DNA of 59,828 nt, filler included. It is 4 parts of 4 records of this genome, joined end to end, with 100 filler letters (N's around TTAATTAATTAA, not from the genome) between each part and the next. Parts side by side here need not be neighbours in the genome. Positions count along the whole stretch, not along the records: positions 1 to 30,607 come from SRR2962707_3099; 3 more parts are not named here. One strand, written 5' to 3'. Positions 8,761-18,957 of this stretch are shown one piece after another. A program made the translations under genes and the position numbers. A model generated the notes under the pieces. That model was not told the DNA's origin. It searched no databases and was given only the letters and a program-made list of their open reading frames with translations. Position 1 is the stretch's first letter, and each line of letters starts with the position of its first letter.

Positions 8761-11340
8761 TTGGAAGCATTACTCTTTCTCGTTATCGGAGCTGGCGTGC
8801 TGCTGGTGCCTGTGGGCTCACTTCTGGGCTTTCTGGCGTTCCGGCAAAGAGACCGTCACGCCTCCCGGGTCGAGGATCTGGCTCGGGAAGTCGCCGACCT
8901 CCGGGCAGAGGTTTCCAGGCTTCGCGATACCGGGGTTTCTCTGCCGGATCCGGTGACGCCGGCCACCCCGGATGTGCCGGCGGATGTCGGGTACGTGCGG
9001 GAGCCAGCAAGTTCGGTGGCAGAAACGACAGACGCAGAGACATCTCGGGAGCCGGCCGCGGAAGACACAGCAATTGCCGTTCCCGTGAATCGGTCGGATG
9101 CTCTGGTATCCCGTGGCGTGGCGGCATTCAAAGCCAACTGGATGGTCTGGATTGGCGCGCTGAGTGTCAGTCTTGCCGGGATCTTTATGGTGAGCCATTC
9201 GATTTCCGCCGGACTTATCGGACCAGTGCATCAGTTGCTGATGGCGTTGTTGACCGGGTTGGGGCTGCATGCAGGCGCGGAATATCTTCGTCGGCGTCAC
9301 ATGGGGTCGGATCAGGTCTTTGCAGCACTGGCCGGCGGTGGCAGTGTCACACTCTATGCAGCCTTGTTGGCGGGCGTTCATCATTATGGATTGATCGGGC
9401 CCGTACCGGCGCTTTTCGCGCTGGCACTGGTTTCCGTCGCGACCATGTTTCTGGCGCTTGTGCATGGCCCATTGCTGGCCATTATGGGGCTATCGGGTGC
9501 TTATCTGGTGCCGCTGCTGGTCGGGGGTGAGGGCGGAAGTGCCGTCTTTGTGCTGAGTTACAGCGTTGTGATCACCGTCAGCTCCCTGCTGTTGATGCAG
9601 TATGTCTACCGTCCCTGGCTTTGGTTTGGCACCCTGGCCGGCGCCGGACTCTGGTGGCTTCTGGTTGCCGTTAGTGGACGCCACGGCCTGGCGGTGTCCT
9701 GTTATCTTCCCGTGCTTTTCCTGTTGTTTTCGGTCTTACCCGGAGATGGCCTGCTTCCCCTGCAGCGTCGAAGAGACGCCTTGCTGGCAACATTGTTGGC
9801 CTGGGGAGCGTCTATTGCCTGGCAATCGACGGATGATCCCGCTTTTCTGGCGTGGCTATGGATGCTACCGGTCGCCGTATTGTTGCCCCAAAGCCGGCAG
9901 CGACTGGGGTTTTTGCCCTGGGCCGCGGTGTTGGCCACGTTTGCCGGCTGGCTTGTGTATTCTGCCGATCTGAGTCAGGACGTTCTGTTCAGGCCGTTGG
10001 GACAGAGTTTTCATCAGCCCTTCATCACCTATCTGATTCTTGCCTCTGTGCTGGTGGTATTGAGCGTCCTCTGGCAGTGGCGGACGCAGCTGGAGCTGAG
10101 GCGGTGGGCGTCGCTGGCGATGCTGGCGCCCGTTATCTGGCTGTTACTGGGTTGGTTGCTTGTTCAGGGCGGGCAGGCTGCAGGCAACTGGGCGTTGGTC
10201 GCGCTCCTGGCGGCGGCGGTCTATGGTGTCGTTGCCTGGCGCTTGGAGCACTCGCCAGGTTATCGCGTTGGCCTGGTCTGGGCGATACTGGCTGCACACG
10301 CGTGCTATTCCATGGCGGTTGCCATGTGGTTGCAGGAAGCGTCAATGACATTGGCACTGGCCACTCAGTTCGTCAGCCTGGTCTGGCTTGGACGCCGATA
10401 CCAGGCGCCCGAGCTGTTCCTGATTCTCAAGGTTTTACTGGCCATTGTGGTGGCGAGACTGACCTTCAATCCATGGTTGCAGAGCTACGATGCGGGTGGG
10501 CATTGGTCCCTTTGGACATACGGAGGGGCCACGCTGTTTGCTGGCGCTGCTACCTGGCTGGCCAGAAAGGAGGTGATTCGGCCCTGGCTGGAAGCTGTCA
10601 CCTTGCATCTGCTGATTCTGTTCCTGGGCGTGGAGCTTCGTTACTGGCTATACAATGGTGATATTTTTGCGCGGGAATATGGCGTCACCGAGGCGTCAAT
10701 CAATACCGTGCTCTGGGGCGCTTTGAGCATCGTCTACGTTTTCCGGTCCAGGGTCGCGGGAACGCTGGGGTGGCTTTACCGGTTGCTGGCGAGGGCACTG
10801 ACGGTGATCGCTGTTCTGAGTTATCTCGTTGTTGCCGTGGTGCACAACCCCTGGTGGACCGACGGCGTAATTGGCAGTACTCCGGTATTCAATCTGCTGT
10901 TGCTGGCGTATGGCGCGCCGGTCCTTCTGGCTCTGGCCAGCGCTCGATACTCCGATCTTGTGCCCGTTCGCTGGTCTCTTTGTACGGCTGCAGTGGCTTT
11001 CGGGGTGTTCACTTTGCTCGAAATCCGGCATCTGTGGCAGGGCAGTGCGATGACTCTGTCCAGTGGAATGGGGGAGGGCGAGCTCTATACCTACTCGGTG
11101 ATTGGTATGCTCTACTCGATTGCCGCGATCCTTTGGTCCACACGTAACCAGAGCGAACTGCTGCACAAGGCAGGAATGATTCTGCTTGGTCTGGTCATCG
11201 GCAAGATCTTTCTGGTGGATATGGCCGGGCTGCAGGGACTGTGGCGGGTTGCTGCCTTTATGGGGCTGGGGCTGGCGCTGCTTGGCCTGGCGTGGATGTA
11301 CCGGCGAACCTCCGACTCCGGGAAGGCGTCAGAATCCTGA
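8761..11340 (+). CDS. DUF2339 family multi-pass membrane protein
   Basis: 859 aa, very hydrophobic; NWMVWIGA near the N-terminus and KIFLVDMAGLQGLWRVAAFMGLG at the C-terminus. Confidence 0.85.
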   Translation: MEALLFLVIGAGVLLVPVGSLLGFLAFRQRDRHASRVEDLAREVADLRAEVSRLRDTGVSLPDPVTPATPDVPADVGYVREPASSVAETTDAETSREPAAEDTAIAVPVNRSDALVSRGVAAFKANWMVWIGALSVSLAGIFMVSHSISAGLIGPVHQLLMALLTGLGLHAGAEYLRRRHMGSDQVFAALAGGGSVTLYAALLAGVHHYGLIGPVPALFALALVSVATMFLALVHGPLLAIMGLSGAYLVPLLVGGEGGSAVFVLSYSVVITVSSLLLMQYVYRPWLWFGTLAGAGLWWLLVAVSGRHGLAVSCYLPVLFLLFSVLPGDGLLPLQRRRDALLATLLAWGASIAWQSTDDPAFLAWLWMLPVAVLLPQSRQRLGFLPWAAVLATFAGWLVYSADLSQDVLFRPLGQSFHQPFITYLILASVLVVLSVLWQWRTQLELRRWASLAMLAPVIWLLLGWLLVQGGQAAGNWALVALLAAAVYGVVAWRLEHSPGYRVGLVWAILAAHACYSMAVAMWLQEASMTLALATQFVSLVWLGRRYQAPELFLILKVLLAIVVARLTFNPWLQSYDAGGHWSLWTYGGATLFAGAATWLARKEVIRPWLEAVTLHLLILFLGVELRYWLYNGDIFAREYGVTEASINTVLWGALSIVYVFRSRVAGTLGWLYRLLARALTVIAVLSYLVVAVVHNPWWTDGVIGSTPVFNLLLLAYGAPVLLALASARYSDLVPVRWSLCTAAVAFGVFTLLEIRHLWQGSAMTLSSGMGEGELYTYSVIGMLYSIAAILWSTRNQSELLHKAGMILLGLVIGKIFLVDMAGLQGLWRVAAFMGLGLALLGLAWMYRRTSDSGKASES

Positions 11341-11436
11341 GACCGTTGATCGGGATTTTGGCGTTGCCCATGACCGGTGTTCGCTATACAGTTAACAAAC
11401 ACTCACTTAATTCTGGCAGTAGATGAGGAAAACCAG

Positions 11437-12135
11437 GTGACAGAACTCGTAACTTACGAACTGAACGACGGCATTGCCACCATTACCGTGAACAATGGCA
11501 AGGCTAATGCTCTGAGCCATGAGGTATTTGACGCGCTGAATGCCGCGCTGGACCAGGCAGAGCAGGATAAGGCCATTGTCATTCTCACGGGCCAGCCGGG
11601 GATGTTTTCCGGCGGCTATGATCTCAAGGAAATGCAGAAAGGCCCGAAAGAGGCCATGGCGCTGGTTAAGGTGGGCTCTACGTTTACCCGTCGTCTGGCT
11701 GCATTTCCGCTGCCGGTTATTGCCGCCTGCAGTGGCCACGCCATCGCCAAGGGCGCGTTCGTTCTGCTTTCAGTGGATTATCGAATCGGGGTAGAGGGTG
11801 GCTTCAAGCTGGGCCTGAATGAAGTGGCCATTGGTATGACCATGCACCATGCGGGCATTGAGATTGCGCGCCATCGTATGCCGGCCCCTTACTTCTACCG
11901 CTCGGTGGTAAACGCTGAGATCTTTAACCCGGAAACGGCTATCGCGGCCGGCTTCCTGGATGAAATCGTGGCGCCGGAACAGTTGGCGGAACGTGCCAAC
12001 GCGGTGGCAACGCAAATGAAGCAACTCAACATGCGCGCCCACAAGCAAACGAAGCTCAAAACCAAGGCAGCTTATCTGGAGAAGCTGGACTGGTGCATTG
12101 AGCAGGATGCAGCCCACTTCGACGTACTGGGCTGA
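11437..12135 (+). CDS. Crotonase / enoyl-CoA hydratase family protein
   Basis: NGKANAL, FSGGYDL, GHAIAKG, GLNEVAIG. GTG start at 11437 after GAGG. Confidence 0.92.
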   Translation: MTELVTYELNDGIATITVNNGKANALSHEVFDALNAALDQAEQDKAIVILTGQPGMFSGGYDLKEMQKGPKEAMALVKVGSTFTRRLAAFPLPVIAACSGHAIAKGAFVLLSVDYRIGVEGGFKLGLNEVAIGMTMHHAGIEIARHRMPAPYFYRSVVNAEIFNPETAIAAGFLDEIVAPEQLAERANAVATQMKQLNMRAHKQTKLKTKAAYLEKLDWCIEQDAAHFDVLG

Positions 12136-12173
12136 TCCCCGCCGGGGCCACCTGTCTGGTGGCTCCCGTCGCT

Positions 12174-14039
12174 TCAGTTGGTTTTCCGGTAGTTCACCAG
12201 ATCGTAGCGTTTCTGGTAACTGCCGTTTTCTCCCGCGCATAGCAATCCCGCCTGGACCGGGCAGCCCTGATCGTCAAGCATCAAGGTGCCGATGTTGCGG
12301 TCACTGGTCAGGAAGAAGTCGCTGTCTTCCGGCAGCAGGTAGCTTTCCTGGTTTTTGCCCAGTAACTCTCCAATCCTGTTGATGGCCCTCAAGCCGATAT
12401 TCTCACCCATGGGTACGTTGTTGCAGGCGCTGCTGCAGATCTGCCAGAGAACGGGCCCCAGGCTGGTTTGACGTCTTCGGGCAAAGGCGTAGTGTACGTC
12501 GCCAGAGAAAACCACCACATGCTCAACACCGGGTAACTGACAGCAGGATGATTTCAGAGCCTCGAGTGATGCAGTGTCAGCACTCCAGGGTTCCCGATCC
12601 AGAGTGCGTTTGAACATGGGAAACTTCAGCTGCAGGTATTCGATGTGGCTGAACCCGTAGGTGGGGGTAGGTGATACCACAATCAGTGTCCGGCACTGGC
12701 GAAACCCGGAGAGTCGCTGGCCCAGTTGCCGGATCTGCTGATCAGACATCAGGCCAAGCGAGTGTTTGCCTCGTTTGCTGAATTCCCGGTGCGTGCGGGT
12801 ATCCAGCACCGCCACCGGCGGTGTCTGTTCCAGTTCGTAGCCCCAGTACCGCTCAAGCAACCAGTCCCATTCTTTGTGGTCGGCTGGCGTATTCTGTTCG
12901 AGAAGCGTTTTGAGTTTTGCCACTTCGGACTGCACCAGAGAGGGCTGATTGCCCCAGTGCTGGCAGAGGAAGTAAGTCTGCAGAGCGTTGATCAGCACAT
13001 ACCGGCCAATGGGCGTGGTGCTCAGTTGCCGGGCGTTCTGTTTCGAGATGTTCCAGTCGTCGGTGACTTCATGGTCATCAAAGATCATGTAGGTCACCGT
13101 GTTGGCGAGCAGTTGGCGGACCTCCGAACGGGCCAGATGTGCAAAGCCAGACAGATTACGGTGGTCTTCTGCGTGTTGTCTCTCCGTGTAGACATATTGC
13201 ACCGGCGGGTTCCGGCCATCCCGGGTATTGGCGGGCTGTTTGGCAAGCCGTGGCTTGAGTTCGTCGTGGCCCGCGAAGTCGAGGCCAAACTGGTGTCCGG
13301 CGCCTGAGAAGGCAAACAGGTACATGCTCAGATATTCGGCACGGGTCAGCAGGTGAGAGCTTTTGGCGATGGAGCTGAATCCGTAGGGGCTTCGGGTTAC
13401 CCAGTGACGGTCATCCAGTTTCGACAGCCGGTGCAGGTCTTTGCCCGCCGGCAGGTTTTTCAGATCATCGGCCAGTCCAAGGTGTTTCTGCAGCTTGCCC
13501 AGATAATCCAGCAGCAAGGGTGACACATCGTCGGCGTAGATCTGGTCGCCGGTCAGAAACAGCTGGCTTGGCCGGCTCTCCTTGCGAAGATTCTCCGCCA
13601 GCAAACGGGCGCCCCGGGCGAGTTGGTCCGGCTTTTTGTCTTGTCCCGGGGAGTGAGGGCGCCGGCAGGAGGCCTGAATGAAATGCCGATGTTCCCGGGG
13701 CAGGTAAACACTGGGCAGCTTGTCCGTGCCAGGGCAAAGTGTCGCCAGCAGCTGGCTGTCTCCAAAGGGCTCGCCATCCAGTACTATTTCATAGAAGAGC
13801 TCATTGGTTTGGTGATAAGGCTCGGCGTTGTCGAGGGGAAGGTCCGTCGACAGCATGCAGATATAGCAGTTATCGCCTGCTGGTATGAACTCGGCGTCGC
13901 AGTCTCTGGTAACTGGTGATGCTCTGGCATCATCCAGATAGGTATTCAGTTGAATGCTCTCGGGACGCTGGTCTAATACCAGCCATAGGTTGAGCACGGT
14001 GCGATTGGAGTGGCGTACGATAGGGCCGCAGATGATCAT
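12174..14039 (-). CDS. PhoD-like (alkaline phosphatase D family) metallophosphoesterase
   Basis: TGDQIYADD, IFDDHEVTDDWN, LDTRTHR and FSGDVHY metal-ligand motifs. Confidence 0.85.
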   Translation of the reverse strand: MIICGPIVRHSNRTVLNLWLVLDQRPESIQLNTYLDDARASPVTRDCDAEFIPAGDNCYICMLSTDLPLDNAEPYHQTNELFYEIVLDGEPFGDSQLLATLCPGTDKLPSVYLPREHRHFIQASCRRPHSPGQDKKPDQLARGARLLAENLRKESRPSQLFLTGDQIYADDVSPLLLDYLGKLQKHLGLADDLKNLPAGKDLHRLSKLDDRHWVTRSPYGFSSIAKSSHLLTRAEYLSMYLFAFSGAGHQFGLDFAGHDELKPRLAKQPANTRDGRNPPVQYVYTERQHAEDHRNLSGFAHLARSEVRQLLANTVTYMIFDDHEVTDDWNISKQNARQLSTTPIGRYVLINALQTYFLCQHWGNQPSLVQSEVAKLKTLLEQNTPADHKEWDWLLERYWGYELEQTPPVAVLDTRTHREFSKRGKHSLGLMSDQQIRQLGQRLSGFRQCRTLIVVSPTPTYGFSHIEYLQLKFPMFKRTLDREPWSADTASLEALKSSCCQLPGVEHVVVFSGDVHYAFARRRQTSLGPVLWQICSSACNNVPMGENIGLRAINRIGELLGKNQESYLLPEDSDFFLTSDRNIGTLMLDDQGCPVQAGLLCAGENGSYQKRYDLVNYRKTN

Positions 14040-14184
14040 GGGAAACTCCTTTCCGGTATGTGAATCCTTTCGGGGGTAATGCCCGCTTTGTTGTTGTCAT
14101 TAAAACGTGCAGTATATCTGATCAAATTAACCGCAGGGATCGCAAACGCAGTGTTTATGCCGCCTGTGATCGCATGTCCTTGCC

Positions 14185-14219
14185 TTGCTAACAAAGTTAT
14201 CCACAGAAAGTGTGGGTAA
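14185..14219. promoter_or_regulatory. DnaA-box cluster, copy 2
   Basis: TTGCTAACA-AAG-TTATCCACA-GAAAG-TGTGGGTAA; same geometry as copy 1. Confidence 0.6.
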
Positions 14220-14242
14220 ACACACAAAGGAATGACCGTTTC

Positions 14243-14740
14243 ATGACCGATAAACCTGCAAAAGCTGTTTCTGCTTCAGCTATTGAAAAGCATGTGTATA
14301 AAGTGTTCCCGAACGATATGAACTCCCACAATACGGTGTTCGGGGGCATGATCATGGCGAAGTGTGACCGCTTGGCACTGGTGGTCGCGGAGCGGCACTC
14401 GGCCCATGTCTGTGTGACGGCGGCGGTGGATTCCATTCATTTTCGCGCTCCCGCCAAAGGCAATGACACCTTGTTGTTCAATCTGTCGCTGAACCGTAGT
14501 TGGGGCTCCTCCATGGAGATCGGTGCGAAGGTGGAGGCCGAGAACAGCTATACCGGCGAGACTCGCCATATTTTGTCCGCCTTCTTTACCTTTGTGGCAC
14601 TCGATGAACAGGGCAAGCCGGTGGATGTGCCCCAGGTAATCCCGGAAACCGAGGACCAGAAGCGCCGTTATGCCAAGGCACAGATACGCCGTGAAGGGCG
14701 TTTGCGCACCCGGGATGAATTGTCAAAGGCGAGTGGCTGA
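14243..14740 (+). CDS. Acyl-CoA thioesterase (YciA-like hotdog fold)
   Basis: VFPNDMNSHNTVFGG, WGSSMEIG, AFFTFVALD. Confidence 0.9.
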   Translation: MTDKPAKAVSASAIEKHVYKVFPNDMNSHNTVFGGMIMAKCDRLALVVAERHSAHVCVTAAVDSIHFRAPAKGNDTLLFNLSLNRSWGSSMEIGAKVEAENSYTGETRHILSAFFTFVALDEQGKPVDVPQVIPETEDQKRRYAKAQIRREGRLRTRDELSKASG

Positions 14741-14813
14741 GGGCTATCGCATATTACCGCCAGTCGTGGTATACCAGCGCCCGTGATGACTAACTATTCT
14801 GGAACCGGATGTC

Positions 14814-15380
14814 ATGCCTAAAGCAAGTGAAATCAAAAAGAATCAGGCGGTTGAATACGAAGGCCGCGTCTATTTCGTGAAGGATATCGAGCGCTCCGTG
14901 CCCCAGGGCCGTGCCGGAGGCAGCCTTTACCGGATGCGCATGTACGATGTGGTCACCAACCAGAAACTGGATGAGACCTTCAAGGACTCGGACATGCTCA
15001 ATCTGGCGGATCTGGTGCGCCGGGAAGCGACCTTCTCCTACGCTGATGGTGATGAGTATGTGTTCATGGATACAGAAGACTTTACTCAGTACATGCTCAA
15101 CCGCAGTGCCATTGAGGATGAGTTGCTGTTCATTACCGAGGACACCCAGGGGGTAATGGTGATTCTGGTCAGCGAAAACCCGGTGGCCATTGACCTGCCG
15201 CCGACGGTGGAACTGACCATTGAAGAAACCGATCCGTCCATCAAGGGTGGCTCGGCAACCGCCAGAACCAAACCCGCCCGCCTGACCACAGGCCTGGTGG
15301 TACAGGTTCCTGAGCACATTTCCACGGGTGACCGAATTCGCGTGAACGTGGAAGAGCGCAAATTCCTCAGCCGCGCCTGA
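14814..15380 (+). CDS. yeiP: Elongation factor P-like protein YeiP/EfpL
   Basis: MPKASEIKK start, Arg-tipped loop PQGRAG, and [17 protein letters not shown]. Confidence 0.92.
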   Translation: MPKASEIKKNQAVEYEGRVYFVKDIERSVPQGRAGGSLYRMRMYDVVTNQKLDETFKDSDMLNLADLVRREATFSYADGDEYVFMDTEDFTQYMLNRSAIEDELLFITEDTQGVMVILVSENPVAIDLPPTVELTIEETDPSIKGGSATARTKPARLTTGLVVQVPEHISTGDRIRVNVEERKFLSRA

Positions 15381-15388
15381 TGATATGG

Positions 15389-15419
15389 CAAGAGGTCAGC
15401 CGATTGAGCTGACCTCTTG
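15389..15419. terminator. Perfect 12-bp hairpin between convergent yeiP and rsuA-family genes
   Basis: CAAGAGGTCAGC-CGATTGA-GCTGACCTCTTG. Confidence 0.55.
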
Positions 15420-16088
15420 TGCGCTGAGATGGCGGTAGCTGCCTGGCTCTAGCCCATCCACAGTCAGCCCGCCCATGCTTTCCCTGTGCAATGAGGTCAC
15501 CCGGTTGCCCACGGCGTGAAACATGCGTTTCACCTGATGATAGCGGCCTTCGTAGATCGTCAGCCGTACTTCCCGCTCCCCCAATGGCTCCAGCGACGCG
15601 GGCGAGGTTCTGAGTTGTTCGTACTCGAACCAGATGCCTTCCCTGAACCGATCCTCTGTCTCCGGTGAGATGGCGTAAGCCGTGGTTACCCGGTATACCT
15701 TGGGGCTTTTGACTGCCGGTTCGGTCAGCCGTCGGCTCCAGACTCCGTCACTGCTGAGAATCAATAGCCCGGTGCTTGCCCTGTCCAGTCGCCCTGCGAT
15801 GTGCACATGTGGCCGAAGCGATGGGTCAATCAGTTCCATAACGGTGGGGTGCTGGTCATCGCGGGTGGCGCTCAGATAGCCCGATGGTTTGTTCAGCATC
15901 AGGTAATACGCAGGGGCCGCGCTCTGGATGATTCGCTGGTCAACGCACACTTCACGAAACCGCGGGATGTCCAGGTCCGGGTCATGGCAGCGCTCGCTAT
16001 CAACCTGAACACGGCCGGCGGCGAGCAGGGTCTTGGCCTGTCGGCGGCTAATACCGTTCTGATTGGTGAGTATCCGTAAGAGTTTCAT
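15396..16088 (-). CDS. rsuA: RsuA-family rRNA pseudouridine synthase
   Basis: S4 domain, LNKPSGY, AGRLD (catalytic Asp), EGRYHQVKRMF. Start ATG 16088. Confidence 0.88.
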   Translation of the reverse strand: MKLLRILTNQNGISRRQAKTLLAAGRVQVDSERCHDPDLDIPRFREVCVDQRIIQSAAPAYYLMLNKPSGYLSATRDDQHPTVMELIDPSLRPHVHIAGRLDRASTGLLILSSDGVWSRRLTEPAVKSPKVYRVTTAYAISPETEDRFREGIWFEYEQLRTSPASLEPLGEREVRLTIYEGRYHQVKRMFHAVGNRVTSLHRESMGGLTVDGLEPGSYRHLSAQEVSSIG

Positions 16089-16100
16089 GTTGTGCCCGAC

Positions 16101-16125
16101 AAAAAAGGAGCTCCGAAGAGCTCCT
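16101..16125 (-). terminator. Rho-independent terminator with UUCG tetraloop
   Basis: Minus strand AGGAGCTC-TTCG-GAGCTCCT-TTTTT downstream of the 637-aa gene. Confidence 0.85.
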
Positions 16126-16146
16126 GGTGTGCTGTCTGATTTGCCA

Positions 16147-18060
16147 TCAGTTATCGGCTGTATCGCCCTCCCAGCGGGCAATCTTCTCACGGTCCTGATT
16201 GGACACCAGGTCTGACTCCAGTGATGCCCGCTGCTCTGGTGCAACCAGGCCCTGGGCAGCCATATCCCCGGTTCTGCGCGCTTCCTGCTCCTGGCGGATA
16301 TAGTCGAGCCGCTGTTCGCGGTCGGCCTGCTTTTCGTTCTTTATTTCGTCGTTGCGGCGACGGAACTGGTCTTCCAGGTCGCCAACCACGCTGTTGATGA
16401 ATCCATCGCATGGCGACAGGGACAGCAGATACCTCGGCTGCTCCAGGTTTTGCTGGCCAGAGACTGCAAACGTTGAGCTGACCGCTTCGGTTGCCAGAGC
16501 GAAGTAGGTGGCGTCGAAACTGAATACATCCTGTTCACTGGACGCACTGTGACGGTCGGCGCCGCGGTAATGAGTTGCCCGCATCACCGTGCCTTCACAG
16601 TGCATATCGAACAGGTTGGACTTAAAGAAGATCTCGGCCCAGAACAGATGGCAGATTCTGGACAGTGTCCGGCCGAAGCCGAGCAATAGCAAGCTGGCAA
16701 GCAGGATGGCGGCCGTGGCACCCGCGGGGACGAACAGCAGGTTCAATGCCTGGTCGACATCGAGCCGGGTAGCGCGAAGCTGATCCAGAGCGTAAACATG
16801 GTCCATCACGCGATCGGCACCCAGCCAGAGCAGCAGGGCACCCGCCAACAGGAGTATCTGGCCAGCGATGGTTCCGCTTGCCCGGGCCCAGCGCAGGGAT
16901 TTTGGCTCTTCGCGGTCTTCGACAACAGGCTGTATCTCGACCAGAAGGTCGCCGTTGAACTGCTCATTCTCCCGGTTGGCATCACCGGTGTCGTTGCTGT
17001 CCAGATATACCCGGTTCGGCAGCTCCTGCTGACGTTTTTGCATCAACACCAGGTCGCGCAGCGTCGTGAAAATCTGGCGTGGGTGCAGATCGAATCGCCA
17101 GCTGTTATTGAGTTCAGAGCTGCTGGTTGCGATGGGCACCATGCCAATGCGTGCTTTGATCAGAACCACCGCAATGGCCGCTGTCGCCAGAGCACAGACG
17201 ATAGTCAGGGTCAGCAGGGACCCGGTACGGAAAACCGGTTCAAGCAGGGGCATCAGGCCGGCCAAATCCTGGCGGGCACTGACGTGCAGACTGTCCCAGA
17301 AGCCAAGCCAGCCCTGGGCAGTCAGGATGGGCACTGCGATGGCACCAATGATCACCAGCGCCAGTCCCTTGCTGGTGGTCTGGCTCAGGCTGGTCATGTT
17401 ACTGCGGGACAGCGGGTTGCCGAGTTTGACCCACAACAGCCCCAGGTACACCAGCAATGACGCTTGCAGGATCAGTGAGATAACCGTGCTGCCAACATCC
17501 GCACCTTCGGTGCCTGAGAACACCATGGTGACCACCAGGCTGGCCACCAGAAAGGCGGCGATGGCCACGAAACTCTTGGTCAGTTTCATGGCCAGATTCT
17601 GAGCGACGTTGCGAATTGGCCAGGGCGTGACAATCAGGTTGGGAAAGACCGAGTGAACCGCCCGGGCGAACCAGCCGGTGGGCTCGATAAAGGTCGGGTT
17701 GCTCTTGCTCATGAGCATGTTGTGGAGCATTTTAGAGTTATACAGGGTCGGCTCGCGTTCGTTCACGGCTTCACGGGCAACGTTTTTGGCCAGTGAGGCC
17801 GGCGCGGCGCGGCCCACGAAGAAACGCATGACCTGGAACAGGCCTCCGCCCAGCGCCTTCAACCCGCCCATTACAAACAGGCCGCCGATCAACAGGTTAA
17901 CCCAGGCCCTGGGTTTGTCGGTACCAAGCAGGGGTTGAATCTGAAACAGGAGATAGACGCCAATCGCCAGCAGAATTGCACCACGAATGGACCGGACCAG
18001 CCCTTCGAACCGGAATGGATTCCGGATGTTGAGTTTTTGAGCTCCGTACTCAAATGCCAT
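16147..18060 (-). CDS. Hypothetical multi-pass membrane protein
   Basis: 637-aa ORF with about 8 hydrophobic segments and a charged C-terminal tail; no family recognised. Confidence 0.8.
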   Translation of the reverse strand: MAFEYGAQKLNIRNPFRFEGLVRSIRGAILLAIGVYLLFQIQPLLGTDKPRAWVNLLIGGLFVMGGLKALGGGLFQVMRFFVGRAAPASLAKNVAREAVNEREPTLYNSKMLHNMLMSKSNPTFIEPTGWFARAVHSVFPNLIVTPWPIRNVAQNLAMKLTKSFVAIAAFLVASLVVTMVFSGTEGADVGSTVISLILQASLLVYLGLLWVKLGNPLSRSNMTSLSQTTSKGLALVIIGAIAVPILTAQGWLGFWDSLHVSARQDLAGLMPLLEPVFRTGSLLTLTIVCALATAAIAVVLIKARIGMVPIATSSSELNNSWRFDLHPRQIFTTLRDLVLMQKRQQELPNRVYLDSNDTGDANRENEQFNGDLLVEIQPVVEDREEPKSLRWARASGTIAGQILLLAGALLLWLGADRVMDHVYALDQLRATRLDVDQALNLLFVPAGATAAILLASLLLLGFGRTLSRICHLFWAEIFFKSNLFDMHCEGTVMRATHYRGADRHSASSEQDVFSFDATYFALATEAVSSTFAVSGQQNLEQPRYLLSLSPCDGFINSVVGDLEDQFRRRNDEIKNEKQADREQRLDYIRQEQEARRTGDMAAQGLVAPEQRASLESDLVSNQDREKIARWEGDTADN

Positions 18061-18195
18061 GCTTTGTTCCTTTACATGAGTAAGAGAGGGTGTAGAGAGG
18101 CGCAGAGTTTAGCCTGAAAACTATGAACAATTACCGGCAATTACATAAAAAAATGTAAAACGGAGTAAGATTTTTCGTGGTCGGCAGGGCGGATT

Positions 18196-18957
18196 TTATA
18201 AGACCCGGATTTTTTTCATCAGCGCGGGCCATCCAACCGGCAGTTGTTCTTCCAATGCCTTGAGGACTGAGTCGGGTATCTGCCAGGGATCAAACACCCG
18301 CTTGCAGCCATATATAACCCAGTTGTTGGTTTTGCTTTTGAAGGTGAGCAGACACGGGAACTGGCGTTTCAGCTCGCGCAGCAGGTTACCGTCCGGCTCC
18401 GGCATGCGGTGATAGTTCAGAACGAGCCAGCCGTCAGGTTTGAGTGCCCGGGCACAGGCCTTGATGAACCGGCGTTGCGCTTGAAGGGGCGACATCCGGT
18501 CTGCGCTGTACAGATCCGTGACAATCATGGCGGTGCTGGCCCCCGGAAGCGTTTCCAGTGTATGCCAGGCATCGGCGACGGTGACATGAAGGCGCTCATG
18601 TTGCGGGAACGAGAACCAGTCCCGTGCGGTCTCGAACACCTTTTGACGCAACTCCACCACATGAACCTGACTGTCGGGTAACAGGCGGTGTATGCCGTGG
18701 GCGACGACGCCTGCACCCAAACCAAGCACAGTGATGTGGTCGGGCCTGGCGAAGGCAATGGGCAGCAGCATGGCACGGCTGTATTCGTGGACGGGAACAT
18801 GGGGTGCCCGGCGCAAAATTTTGCTTTGCTCAAACACGGAATCAAAACTGAGAATCCGGTGTTTGCGATCATCAATCACCAGAATATTGCCGTAGCGGTC
18901 GTTGGCGACATGCACGATATCGCCCTTGATATCGGGCCGTTTGATGATGGTGCCCAT
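18196..18957 (-). CDS. Spermidine synthase-like SAM-binding protein
   Basis: VLGLGAG motif I, VVEL, VADA, FEQS, GWLVLN. Confidence 0.85.
   Translation of the reverse strand: MGTIIKRPDIKGDIVHVANDRYGNILVIDDRKHRILSFDSVFEQSKILRRAPHVPVHEYSRAMLLPIAFARPDHITVLGLGAGVVAHGIHRLLPDSQVHVVELRQKVFETARDWFSFPQHERLHVTVADAWHTLETLPGASTAMIVTDLYSADRMSPLQAQRRFIKACARALKPDGWLVLNYHRMPEPDGNLLRELKRQFPCLLTFKSKTNNWVIYGCKRVFDPWQIPDSVLKALEEQLPVGWPALMKKIRVL

Noticed and set aside
9852-10661. 269-aa alternative-frame ORF
   Set aside because: Nested in the DUF2339 gene; GC-rich shadow ORF.
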